Source: the human T2T-CHM13v2.0 reference genome, Homo sapiens. Taken from it: 64,000 nucleotides of DNA. Location of the stretch: NCBI RefSeq assembly GCF_009914755.1, contig NC_060941.1; one strand, given 5' to 3'. Positions 1-13,920 of this stretch are shown here, one piece after another (position 1 is the first letter of the stretch; each line of letters opens with the position of its first letter). A model generated the notes under the pieces. It did not search any database. It was not told where the DNA came from and saw only the letters and a program-made list of their open reading frames with translations. The position numbers and the translations under genes were made by a program.

Positions 1-1
1 T

Positions 2-313
<312 letters not shown>

Positions 314-2382
314 ATGTGTCCTGTGTTTTTGATACAAATAAATTTGTTGTAGCCAAAGCAAAAAAAAAAAAAAAAAAAATTCCTCAGTTTCCTCTTTTTT
401 TCTCCTTGAAAAATAAAAAACCTATTACCTAAAACATAAAAATATTAAAGATTAATAGGACCTCAAGTTACTATATGAATTCAGCATACTATATTATCTA
501 TGTCAGCAGCTCCCTCTGTAGTGTCTCCGAAATATGGCGCACACATTACAAATGGCTTTAGATGTTTTTTAATTTGGAGGATTATTGTGTCTACAGATTT
601 TACAGTAGATAATATTTTGAATTTTAAATAAGTGATCCTGGAATTATGCTTTTAAGAAACTATTTTTGAGGTCTGTATGAAGTGCTATTGTTTTAGGCAA
701 GTTCTTAGTATATCGTTATACATCTAATGGGTTCTTTAATACTTAGTTGAATGGGTCAGTACATCGAGTCAAAAATATATATTTATATTACTTAAGTTGT
801 GAGGGAAAATAAATAATCCTAAGTAATTATCCACTGTACATAAAGTACCACATCATTACACTTTTTCTAAGATTAGAAAAATTGGGATATATATCACATA
901 TTCAAGTTTTAATAGACAAACATTTTAAACCAGCAGGCGCTTTTAAACCTAATATAATAGTTAATATAATTTTAGAAAATTTGAGTTCTGTGTGCATTTT
1001 GATGTAATCAGATGTAAAGTAAGAGTATCGGTGTATAGTATCATGCAGTTAATCATGTATTTCCTAAAAGAGACTGAAACTGTAATAAAATTATTATGCC
1101 AGTGCTCACCAAAAATTTAGTGTGGGTTTTGAAACACCATGCATTTTTAGATAACTCCTTGAAGCAACAAAAAAAAAGTCAATATCTAGACTGTAAGTTT
1201 TTATAAATCTGCCTACAGGGTTCAACAGATGTAGGGCAAGTCAGATGTGAAAGGAGCAATAAATTCTATCATGACCTCTGTATCTTTTAACTTTTTGTCT
1301 TCATAGTTTTTAATCTATCTAGGAAATATATTATTTAATAATTTTAAAGATTATATATTTTTCTGAGCTGATGTTAGCTTTTAAAGGATTACATTTTTCA
1401 TTTTGTACTTTGAGTTTCTATTTGGAAATCTGTATGCAAACAGTTTGGTACTTAATTACTTTGAGCCTACTGAAATTTAAATCAAGAGAAACCAGTTCTA
1501 ATTGTTTATTAGAAAACGGAGTTTATTATGCTTCAGTCAGGATTCTGGATGCTCTACAATGCACATTAACAGGCCCCTTCCCAGAAAGCACTAGTTACCT
1601 ACAGGGTTGGAAATAAAAATTTGGTCTGCTTTGGGAAAAGCTTATTTTTAACTTGAAGCATAACTTAGCATTCTATGAAGACGAACATGGGTGGTGTGAG
1701 TCTTCTATGCTAGAAGCAATTACATTCTAAACTCAGTGGAAATGAGAAGTCTAGTGGAGTGTCCGTACACGCTGGTTTGTTGGGACAGTCTTGGATTTTA
1801 CTTGATGTTCTGGCGCAATTATTGTGAAGTTCTCACTCTCAGAAGTGTCACTGTTTGGATGATAGGTTTTGCTTGTGCAGGCAGTGTTTTAAATAGGAAT
1901 CTCTTGTCATAAAGACAGTGAGGAAACCTGTGTGTCCATTTCAGCCAGTAAGAGTCTCTAGTGCTTTGAAGCAGCTCTGTAACCCTCAGGGAATCTTAGG
2001 AGTCATTAAAAAACTAAGAACAATGGAAACAAAATGCATATATGCTTATGTAAGTGTACTCTTTCTTCAATAATGGTACTACTAAGGACCAGAAATCTAT
2101 ATCCTGGGAGCTTTGAAGATTCCCATATTGTAAGAACTTCCTATTCATTTATTGCATAAACATAAGCATCAACTGTGTTTCCACATTCAGGAAATTCTGT
2201 TTTATTCATTGTTACACTGCCAGTACTTAGAACAGTACCTGACATAAAGTAGGTACAAAATAAATATTTGGTAAATGAACCAATAGATGATTTCTGGTCC
2301 AGGTTTATAATCTAGTAGAGGATACAATCACATAAATAATGACAATAGTATAGGTTGGAAAGTATACTGATAGAAAAGAACT

Positions 2383-2677
2383 GGCCAGGCACAGTGGCCC
2401 ATGCCTGTAATCCCAGCACTTGGGGAGGCCGAGGTGGGTGGATCACCTGAGGTCAGGAGCTCGAGACCTGTCTGGCCAACATGGCGAAACCCCGTCTCTA
2501 CTAAAAATACAAAAATTAGCCGGGTTTGGTGGCACGTGCCAGTAATCCCAGCTACTCAAGAGGCTGAGGCGGGAGAATCTCTTGAACCCAGGAGGTGAAG
2601 ATTGCAGTGATCGTGCCACTGCACTTCAGCCTGGGTGACAGAGAGAGACTCCATCTCCCCACCAAAAAAAACAAAAG
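2383..2677 (+). mobile_element. AluS (Sx-like)
   Basis: ggccaggcacagtggcccatgcctgtaatcccagcac...A-rich tail. Confidence 0.95.
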
Positions 2678-2944
2678 AACCAAGGTATCCTGAGAGCACT
2701 GAGGGGTTCTGATTTTTACTCTTTCCCATTTTAGTTTCCTACTGAATTACTAGAAAATTCATTTGATGATTTAAAACAAAAACAAAAACTTTCACTTACC
2801 CACTATCACTGATCCTTTCTCCTTATCTCTGAAGCCTAGAACAGAAATTTAAAGAAAGGAAAAACCAAAGAAAGGTTGATAGAACAATCCAGGAACAGAT
2901 AAATTCCTGACTTAACCACCATTTTTGTCAGTATCTGGTTAGCC

Positions 2945-3700
2945 TTGCTTATTCATTCAGCCAAACCTTTAGCACTACTATGTATATGACATTGTACTAA
3001 CCTCTGGGATGAATACAAAGATGCATTGTTCATTTATTTAATTTTTTTAAAAATGTAATATGTGAGACCCTATCCTAAATTACTTTATTCATATCTCCAA
3101 TTTATAGATGAAGAAACTATAGCTCAGAGAGGTAAATAACTTGTCCAACGTCACTTAGAAATAACAGAGCTGTGATTTGAACCCATATTGTATAGTCCAA
3201 TGGGCCAGGAGTGCTCTCAACCCACCATGCTCTGCTGCCTCTTAATGCTTTCCCTGAAGGAAGATACTACAATCAATGGGGCAGAGATGAGCTGTAAAGG
3301 GATAACTAACATGTGGTAGAATGTGCCAAAAGAATATAGTGAGGTAGTGTGGGACTTTAAAAGGAGAGATTACTTCAGGCAGAAAAAAACGATAAGGAAA
3401 CTGTGTGGAGAAAAGACATTTCAGTTGAGCATTGATGGATGAGAAGGATTTGGACAGGTAGCATTGAAGAGGATAGATATTCCAGATGGTGAGAGTAAGT
3501 ATCAGGAGCATAATTAGGGAATGGTAAATCATCTAGTTGGCCAGAGTTTGATATGCAGAAATAATGAGAAATTAAGCTAGGTGGGGCCAAGTCATGGGGG
3601 ATTTTGAATGTTGAACTAAGGAAATTGGTCTTTATTCAGTTGACATTGGGCCCCAATGAAAGATTTTTATGATGAAGAATAACAGAATCAGAAATGTACT
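2945..3700 (-). mobile_element. L2 fragments interrupted by a MIR (~3060-3240)
   Basis: attcattcagccaaac L2 end; MIR core ttatagatgaagaaactatagctcagagaggtaaataacttgtccaacgtcac. Confidence 0.6.
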
Positions 3701-3709
3701 TTAAAATCT

Positions 3710-3862
3710 TAACAAGGAGTTTGTATTTGATAATGAAAAGGTTCTGGAAATGGATAGTGCTGATGGTTGCACAACATTGTGAATGTGCTTAATACCACTG
3801 AATTGCACACTGAAGCGTGATTAAATGATAAATTTTGTGTGTATTTTACCACAATTTTTAAA
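3710..3862 (+). mobile_element. L1M (L1MB-like) 3' end fragment
   Basis: gttctggaaatggatagtgctgatggttgcacaacattgtgaatgtgcttaataccactgaattg. Confidence 0.75.
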
Positions 3863-6452
3863 AAACACCATAACAAGGACCTGACTGTTGGAGCTGAGAG
3901 GCAGTGACTGTCGTGAAAGAAGAACAGAATGATGCTTGGCATTTTCCCAGATGGTTTTTCATGATGCTCAATGTTTGTTTTATGCCCTTTCTAACTTTAC
4001 CCTCAGCAAAGATGTACCAGCAGGTAATACAAAATATGGTTGTTGCCATTACCTTTAAGGAGTTCATGGTTTAATAGAGATGATAGACAGTTTTCAAATA
4101 ATTATAGTACCAGAATAATCAATTTTACAATAGAGACATTAACCAAATTGTCTTATGGATAAAAAAAAAAAACCTGCCCTGGACTCCTTCTCTACTCCCC
4201 TACCCCACCCCCCAAAAAAGAGCTGGGAAGACTTACCTGCAACTTAATAATTTTCATAGAATAAAACATGTTCAGTAGTCCTTCCTGTATCAATTCGTGT
4301 AAGAACAGTTACATATTAGTAGGATAAGTATATTTTCAATATCTCTAGTAACACTTTCATTTTTCCACAAAATTTTAATCCATGTCTAATTCCTGTTCAT
4401 GGGTCCGTGTAACCCTTTTTGCATAGCTTTTCTAATTAAATAACAATATGAAACAGTGCTAATAGATGGCACAACTAAGTGCATAATAGAATATTCATTC
4501 TGTAAGAATTAGAAAGTGGGTACTGTGAACAAATGTATTAGGCACTATGTTGTATCATCTATCTAGACAGAGGAGGGAGATCCTTTTAAATGGACCACTA
4601 TTTTATTTCATCTCTTTTCAACTCCCGTAAAAAGTACTCAGAAACAGACTCTTTGATATACTTTTCCTAAATTCTTCTTGTAGATTTTTGTTCTCTGTTT
4701 ATTTTGAATCTTCTCTGTTCTTCAGAACTGTTTCTTTTAGTAACTTTGTCTTTTAGAATCTCCAACCACAAATGAGCTACACTGGTGATGGGTAACACTG
4801 AGTAGGTAAGGACTAGCATCTGTAGATTGATGTGTTTAGAGACTTGCCCTCCATTCAAAATGCTGTTGCGGTTGCTTGTAACACTGGTAGCAGTCTGCTC
4901 TCAGGTTTTAATGACATCATTTGTGCAGCTTTACAGTAGATCATACTGGAGTAAATGCTCTCAAATTCTATTGAGCAGAAGGACATTTGACACCAAATTG
5001 TCTAGATATGGAAGTAAGTTTTTCAGACGTGTTAAGGAAAGGTTACTTGGGTCTAATTTGAAAGCTCATTGTCTTTTGGAGAAAATGTTAATATTCATTG
5101 TATTGGCAGTAAGAAGGACGATGAAGTTTACATGACTGATATGTTCATCCCTTACCTTCTGAATGCATTAAGAGATCATCGAAGAATTTGCCCTTTCTCT
5201 TCATGAATGAAGAAATTGATACAGTAAAATGTTCCTAATCTATATAGAGGCTCCTCTTTCAAATTTGGTTTTTTATACTCCAAAAAACAGTGACTATTCC
5301 AGTCACTTTGGCTTCTGTTCCTCAGCTCTTAATCTCTGGGTTTATGTACATATGCATTTGCTTTGGAGGGTTATGACGGTGGAAGATTAATCACCAGTCT
5401 CTGCCATCTATGTTTGACAGACACAGAGCTTGCCTTGCCTTCTCCAGAGCACTTTGTAAAGGAGAGAGCTGAAGTTTAAAATAACATCATTTTCTCTAGA
5501 ATGCTCTTCTTGTTTTATTACATACATGGTTATAGCCTTAGTGAAAAATACTCATCTGACAGACCTTATGGACTGTAACAATATGTAGAATGACAGCTTT
5601 CCCGCTTTTTTCTTTTTTTTCTGGTGATTGGATTGATTTTTTTTTAGTCAGTTTTAAATTACAACTGAGGTAGTTTTAATTTTTGACATTCTATACAACA
5701 AATTTGTTACTTTACAAAGAAAAAGAATCTGCCTTTGCCTGGGAAAGAGATTGTCGTATTCAAACGTTTTAACAACATGACCTTTTATTCCATTGATTTC
5801 TATAGAGAAGCACAGGCATGCTTCAGAAAAGGTCAGTGATTCTAATTGAAGCACACCGATTTTTTTCTAGTTGCAAAGGCTCCCATGCTTTTTGTTGCAA
5901 AGAAGATGATGAGATTTACGGCTGACCATTTGTTACAAGAGAACACAATGCTCTCTGTGACACATTGCTGTTTTTCTTTCATGTGGAAAGCATTGTTTGA
6001 AATCAACCATATCTGTAAACCAGATTGTCATTATCCACGCTATTCAATGCCCTCACTTTTATTTCAGATCAGCCAGTTTCATATCTGAGTACTAGGCTGA
6101 AACTTCCTTCCCCTGTGCACCTGATTTTGGAAGAAAAAAAAAACGAGCAGGAGATTTTATTAAGTCTCACACATTTATGGCTGTAGATTCTTTTTTCAGA
6201 CAGGAATGGCAGGATTTCAGAATTTGTGCTTAAGGTGCCTAAGCATGTTAGTGTTTAAAGTGCTTAACTGTGTTATTGCTTAAGCATGTTTTAACTGTCA
6301 TTCATATACTTGTCATAAGAGAATCTGTGGCTTGAGGGGGCCAGGCTTGGGCATCTATGTACTACAGTTTATTAAACCAAATTTACTATGTCTTTTGGAA
6401 AAGTCACCTGACTCATATTTGTTCCAATATATGTCACATTGAAGATGAAAAC

Positions 6453-6750
6453 TTTTTTTTTTTTTTTTTTGAGACAGATTCTCACTCTGTCACCCAGGGA
6501 GAAGTACAATGGCATGATCTTGGCTCACTGCAACCTCCACCTCCTGGGTTCCAGCAATTCTCCTGCCTCAACCTCCTGAGTAACTGGGACTACAGGCACA
6601 TGCCAGCACACCAGGCTAATTTTTGTATTTTTAATAGATACAGGATTTCACCATGTTGGCCAGGATGGTCTCGCTCTCCTGACCTCATGATCCGCCCGCC
6701 TCGGCCTCCCAAAGTGCTGGAATTACAGCCATGAGCCACCATGCCCAGCC
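6453..6750 (-). mobile_element. AluS (Sc-like) with TSD
   Basis: Full Alu; AAGATGAAAACTTTT at 6442 and 6752. Confidence 0.95.
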
Positions 6751-9085
6751 AAAGATGAAAACTTTTAAAAAAGGATTGTAGAACCTTTGACCAATATGGG
6801 ACCTACTTGATAAATATTTAATATTGTAAGATTTCTTTTTTTGTAATCTGGCTTAGCATTAGTTTCTGTCCATATTAAATGAAAAAAGAATGATTAAGTT
6901 TCCATTATCTGAAATAGTAAAGAGAGTTTAGGAATTAAAATAGGGTTTTCAAAGCTTTCTGTCCATATTCATTCTGTAGGAAATAATTTGATACAACATG
7001 TTGCCATTTTGTTTTCCCAACTCAGATAAACCAATTAAATATCTTTATTTTGCTATCTGAAAGTTTTTAACGCATCATTAGAACGTCATACAGCATCAGT
7101 AGCTCATTGCACTTGGAATATTAAATATGTTCTCAGACTTCAGTTGAGCAGGGAAGCCAGCCCACTATCTTTCTGAACTCTAGATGGCAAAAGCTTTTGA
7201 CCTGATAGTTTTTTACATAAGACAGTATCACAACTTTTCACACATACGCACAACTTGAACTGTCCACAATGGTTAGCTGTCTGTTATTAAAAGCGTTTAT
7301 TCAGCAGTGCCTTATTATGACATATTTATACAACACCTTGTCATCGGTAAGCATTTATTTGTAATACTTTGTAAATTCTCCCAGTTCTTATTGACTCTCT
7401 AAATGCTATGTAATGAATCAACTTTATTTTTCTTCTTTTTTTCTGAAGGGTGTGAAAAATGTAAGTCATAGACTATGTTGGCAGGCCTGAACATGGGAAG
7501 ATAGAAAATTGACCGCCATCTACATACGACATAATTTTCTGCTTCAGCCTGAGATCCCAAGAACCACTCCCCTTCCTATGCCATGTAGTAAAACTCACAT
7601 CACCTCTTTTAGTTCATTTAAAAGGCCTTCCTGTCTGCATAAAGATGATTTAGTGTGTAGCAAATCCTGAGATTGTTTTAAAGCACTGTTTAAAGTTCAA
7701 ACTCAACAGCTGGATTTTTTTTCCCTCTGCTTTGAAGAGAGTCACTATAGTTGGAACAACTTATTCACGCTAGCTCTTTGAAACACCTGTGTTCCAGGTG
7801 AAGCCAAAAAAAAAAAAAAAAAAACTAAAGCTTGAATCTAGTCTTTTCACCTCTCCATTAAAAAATAAATATATCTCTAAAACTTCCCAGCTGGTGGGAA
7901 TGAAATGCTGTCAGTGCTCCCAACTGTTAGAGGGTAATATTGAATAATAACAAAGCCACACTTAATTTGAGCTTCTGAAAAGCCTCATAACCTCATTATC
8001 ATTCTCCTGAACTGCTTAACCTTCTGGTTAACCTTCTGATTATTAACCTCTTGACATACTTAATTCAGGTGTGAGAGTTTAGCGAAGCTCATGGGACTGT
8101 ATTTATTTGATCTTTTTTGTCATGTCCCACTGTGTTGACTTTATTTTTTAAGATTGCTAGACACCAGGAGGCATGTGTTAGGTGGAGACCTAGAGGTTTC
8201 AGAAGCCACTAAATATATCAGACTTGCCATAATTGGAGGATATGGTGAATCAGTGGGGCTTTTAGGCACTTCATAGACCAGCTGAGTCTCCTGCTATCAA
8301 CCCAATTTATTTGAGAGCAGTACCTCAGGAAACTTAATAGACCTGTAGCACACTAGCACAAATCTGGATTTTAGCCAGAGTACAGTTTATTTATGTGCTG
8401 CTTGTATTATTTTGCTCTCTGCATATTCTATGCCTGTCATTATTAAGTATTAATCAAAAATATTGAATTGTATCTTTGGCAGTGGGTTTAAAAATTACAC
8501 GTTTAATTGATAGTTTACATCACTTAGAGGTGGCAAGAGAACCAGATGGTAGAAAATAGGATCAGGTTGAAGTGGCATTTTTTTTACCAAAGAAAATATG
8601 ATTTGCATGAGTAAGCAAAGTTTTGGGGTTTTTAATGTGTGCTTTTGTTTTGGGGGGATATGGGGACTATTAATCAGTTATAGAATATTAATCCTTTTCT
8701 GTAATTAGGGTTAAATATGAAGAATACTAATCTGATAGGTAATATTTATCACTCTGAGCTCAAGACTAAGAAACGCTTCAGGTTATTAACCCTTTACCAA
8801 AACCAGGAGTTACCTTCTGTAGAGGTTCTCAGAGGTCTCACAGAAACTAGTACTTTTAATTGTTCCCTCAAGTTCCCATCTGTCAAAAATATGTCCTGTA
8901 GAAAACCTTTCTTGGTGTAAGTCAAGGGCTTTTTGTCCTTTGAGTGAATGAGTAAACTCTAAAGGAATGTGACTGTCACGGACATGTTTCTTTGATGCCA
9001 AAAACCCTGCATGAGACCACATTAATAAAAAGTGAATAAAGTTTTTCTCCTTCTTCATTGATGATATCCTTTTGAGATGGCCTAG

Positions 9086-9414
<329 letters not shown>

Positions 9415-9529
9415 AAAAGGAGCTTTTTTGAGTGGTTGCCAGTTTCTTTGTTCCTTATATTCTTTTGCTTTTTTCCCTGGGGAGAATGTTGGAAAGAAAT
9501 AGGGGCACATTCATACATTTTGAAAAAGG

Positions 9530-10060
9530 CCATGGACTTTGATATCAGGCAGCTCTGAGTTCAAATCCTGATTTTTTTTCCTCCACTTACTAGCTTTTTG
9601 ACCTTCAAAAAGTTACTTGATACTCTTCCCTAAGCCTCAGTTTCCTCAATGATAATGGAGATGATATTCTTACTCACAGTTATTTTAAAGGAATAAATGA
9701 ATTAATGTACGTTGAACATTTGGCATACCACCTAGCATGTATTGATGTTTTAAAAAAAACTCATTTCCCCTCCTCCCTCATATAACGATGTTGATGATGA
9801 TGATGATGATGATGATGACGATGATGATGATGATGATAGCAGCTACCACCTAAATCGTTTTCTGTGTGCCAGGCATTTATATGTGATTCTAAATCCTAGC
9901 AGTAACTCTGTGTAGTAGGTGTTCCTGTACCTGTTTTATAAATGCAGGAACAGACTCAGAGAAGTTATTTAACTTGCCTAATGTTATCAAGCTACTAAGT
10001 GGCAGAGTCAAGATTCTAACCTTGGTCATTTTGATTCCAAAGCCTACAACAAACACACCG
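9530..10060. mobile_element. Two tail-to-tail MIR elements flanking a (GAT)n repeat
   Basis: ctgagttcaaatcctg...ctcagtttcctc (+); ttttataaatgcaggaacagactcagagaagttatttaacttgcc (-). Confidence 0.7.
9787..9837 (+). repeat. (GAT)n microsatellite, ~17 units, two interruptions
   Basis: gatgttgatgatgat...gacgatgat. Confidence 0.95.
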
Positions 10061-12486
10061 CCTCCCACTGCTGAACCTGTTAACTACTTATTTTAAAAAT
10101 CAATTTCCAGGCCTTCTCCCTCCTGAAGTAGAATTGTTTTGTTCTTACCTCTTTTTTTAGTTTTCTATTTTTGAAGTTTACTTTATCTTTTGAAGGACAG
10201 AGTACAAGAACGAGGGCTGTGATCTAGTGCCACGTCCGCTGCACACTAAGACCTTTGACTAATTTCTTTACCTCTCTAAACCTCTTTGCTCTGTATAATG
10301 GGAACCCATAATGGGACTTACTTCTTACAGTAATTAGGAGTAGGTGAGGCAAAATAAATTTAAAGCTGGATGCCTAACACATAGAAAATTGCAGTAAATT
10401 TCAGCTGTTTTCAGTCAGGCTTCTTTGTTCATTTACATTAAAATCTTTTTGCACCTTCTTGCCCTCTCTCCTTGATTTTTACATGTCAATGTCAGTCTTT
10501 TTCCAACCTCTTGGCTGTTGCCTTGCATTCATCCATCTTTTTTCTCAGTCTTGTCATTGAGTTAACATGTTCTCTACACCCACTTAGTACCCAGTCAGTG
10601 TTTATTGATGCTAATGATGATGGTTAAACAAAGATGCTGTTGGCACCAGTCCTGAAGGCTCTGAGACTCCCTGAGTAATCATGACTTCCTAAAAACAGAA
10701 AAGTACTCAATCATCTTATTTATAATTGAAGGTCAGAATTTGATGTCAGCATTTGTTTCTGTGGTGACTGTGTAGCTTTTTCTGAGGAATTACCTTTGAC
10801 AGTTGGGGTAGTCAGTATTTCTGGTGTGAGGCTGATTATTATGCATTCTTAAATTACTTCCTAAAATAGATGCAGCATCGTATAGGTGGGTTAAACAAAT
10901 ATTGATCATGGTACAGATCTGCTTTAATTGGAGCAAGAGGTCAGGAGAGGCTTATCATTGAGGTGTAGATGGCTGCCAGGCTCTAGATTAGTTACCTGGT
11001 CTTCTTGCCCATAATCTTTTTTGCGTCAGAGAAAATTGTACAGGCCTATTTTTAATTCTAAGCAACCCTCTCTGTTCTCTCCCTTTTTGATATCTCTAAT
11101 ATGTTCCCACCTAATGTCCTTGATCTTCAGAAGATGTCTCATTTCTTGCTTTTTCTTGCCTCAAATTCTGTCCTCCATGATAACGTTTTCTTCCTCAGCA
11201 AATTTTGTGGGAATCTAGCAGGATGTGCTGCTTGTTATATTTGGGCACTGTCCACTAACAATTCAGCTGCTGACACTGGTTGCATTATTCTAAAGAATGT
11301 CATGTTGTTAAGGTTGAATTTAAAACCCATTAATGGTGAGAAGCTTCCATAATTTTAATATCCAGGTTTTTTAATAAAAGAAGGAAAGAAATGGAAAAAT
11401 AAATTTTAAAGATAAACTTTTATGCAAATGAAAAGCAGATTGTAACCAAATGCAAATAAATACCTCAGTGTGGCATATTTCATTTAGTAGAAAGTAGAAA
11501 TTGTTAATTTTTACTGTATCTAATGATTCCCAAACTTATATTTTTAACTTTGATCTCCCATCAAAGGCCTGTCCTGTATTTCCAGCAATCTCTCATTTAG
11601 ACTTTAAAAAGAAATCTGTAAAGGGCTACTAGTCCAAGCCCTGTACCCTGCCCCCACCCCCCCACAAAAAGTAGCCAGGAGTTCCTTTTTTTATATACAC
11701 ATGCACATAAACATTTATACACATTTATACATACGTATGCACTAACTTTTTAGTTCTCATGCACTTAAAAAATATGAGGGGATATGAATCTATTTAAGCA
11801 TATATGATTCATAAGTGCAGGGAAAATGTTTCTTGTATCGTCAAGATTATTTTTATAATTTGACTAAAGAAGGGTAAGAGGTAAAATACTTGAAGGAAGT
11901 GAATACTCAGGAGGTTAGAAAGAGACACTGAGACAAAGAGAATGAGGTAGCAAAATTTGCCTCTTGATTTTTTTAACCTTTTTATTTTTCAGTCATTGGC
12001 CAAAAGGGTATCATTATTTGTCAGACATTTCTTCACTAGCAGTTTAGACTTGTTACGTGGAAATAGCCACAAGTTGTTATGAGGATTAAATGAGGTGACC
12101 TATGTTAAAAGTGGCACATGGTAAGCTCAAAAATACTTTTCAGCAAACAGATAAATCCTCTGCAAATGTGGGATTATTTCTTATTTTGGTTGTGTTCTGC
12201 CAGTAACAGAACTAAGACTAAAATTCAGGTGCTGGAAGAAATGAATAAAAGTACTTGGGTGGATTGAGCAGTTACTTCAGGTGTCTTTGGATTCAATTTC
12301 TTCTGAAAGGAAAGACTAAACCTCAAAAAGAGAAAAATTAGTTATTTAGCATAACCTGCTACTTGTGTTGTGGGGATTCATGAAATAGTTCATATGAAGT
12401 ACTTAAAGAAGTGTCTGGCACATAGTGAGCACTCAATAAATGTCCATTTTATTTTTATTACTTTTCATGTTGTTGTTAAAAAACGT

Positions 12487-12775
12487 TTTTTTGAGACAGG
12501 GTCTTGCTCTGTCGCCAACGCTGGAGTGCAGTGGCAATCAGAGCTCACTGCAGCCTCGAACTCCTGGGCTTAAACTTAAAATCCTTTCACTTTAGGCACA
12601 AGTAGCTGGGAATACAGGTGCGCACCACCACACCCAGCTAATTTTTAAATTTTTTTGTAGAGACGGGATCTCTTTATGTTGCCCAGGCTGGTCTTGAACT
12701 TCTGGCCGTAAGCAATCTTCCTGCCTCGGCCTCCCAAAGTGCCGGGTTTATAGGTGTGAGCCACTGTATCTGGCT
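12487..12775 (-). mobile_element. AluJ
   Basis: Reverse Alu with J-type gcagcctcgaactcctgggct. Confidence 0.9.
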
Positions 12776-13464
12776 TAAAGAAATTTGTTAAGGATGAACC
12801 ATTTTAGGAAACCAAATATGAGTGTATGTGTTTTTCATACAGTATAGATAAATTGCCAATTAGTTTGCACATCTAATTCAGAAATTTGTAGGTGCTGAAG
12901 AAAGCTTTTTTGTTGATGGTTTCTCACTTGTTGAAATCTCTTTAGTTATTGGAAATTAGTAATTCTAATTTAGAGATTTATCTCTTTAGAAGAATATATC
13001 TTTGTTGTGCAACTTTGTTGCTCTTATTCCTGGTGGCTCTATGATGGCAAGTCTGGCTTATTCAATTGAAAATCAGAACCTAAGGAGCTTTATGAGATGA
13101 ATAGCCATAACAGTGTTGTAATCTTTGAGTGAATTGCAGTTGCTTGTTTAATTGTCTGTCTCCCTTGTTAGGCTGTTGAGTTTCTCAGTGAAAGCAGTGG
13201 GCTGTCTTGTACACCACTGCATTTCTAGTACCTAGATTGGCATCTTGTACATGCTGCTATTCAAAATTTGTTGAAGATTGAAGACAGTGACTTCTCATTT
13301 GGAAAAAACATGGCAAGGGAAGGAATACTACATTATGTAATACAATACTGATTTTCTGATTTTGCTTGAAGCCTGGTTTTTGCAGCATTCGAGTAATGGC
13401 AGTCTCATGTATTTCATTTTCTCTTTTAATAGTAAACAAATTGAGGTAATAGAACTTCATGGAA

Positions 13465-13920
13465 AGGGTCAGACTTCAGAATCATTACAATCTAGATTTA
13501 AATGCAAACTCTGTGTGGAGCAGCGTAACCTCTCCCAGCCTCAGTGTGCTTATTTCTTAAATAGAAATACAGCAGCTATAAAGTAGGTGTTATGAGGATT
13601 AAATGAGATCATATATGAAGTGGCACATAGTAGCTTCAAGTAAACATTAATATCCTTTCTCCTTTTCTTCTCCTCATAGCCCATAATTAAGAATAATTCA
13701 ACTATTTTTTGTTTCATAGAAACCTGCTTATGGTGGTGATATTTGGTTAAGAAATTGGATTAGCAGACCTATAAAGGCAAGTTTCCACGGGAAACAGCTT
13801 GGTGGGAGTGGAGAGAGCACTAGACTAGGAGTCAGGAAACCTGAGCTAGTCTTGGCTTTTTACTGACTGGGAATGTGACCTTAGGTAAAGAATATAACTT
13901 CTCTAGCCCAAGTTTGTGTT
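13465..13920 (+). mobile_element. MIR fragments
   Basis: gttatgaggattaaatgagat; agagcactagactaggagtcaggaaacctgag. Confidence 0.65.
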
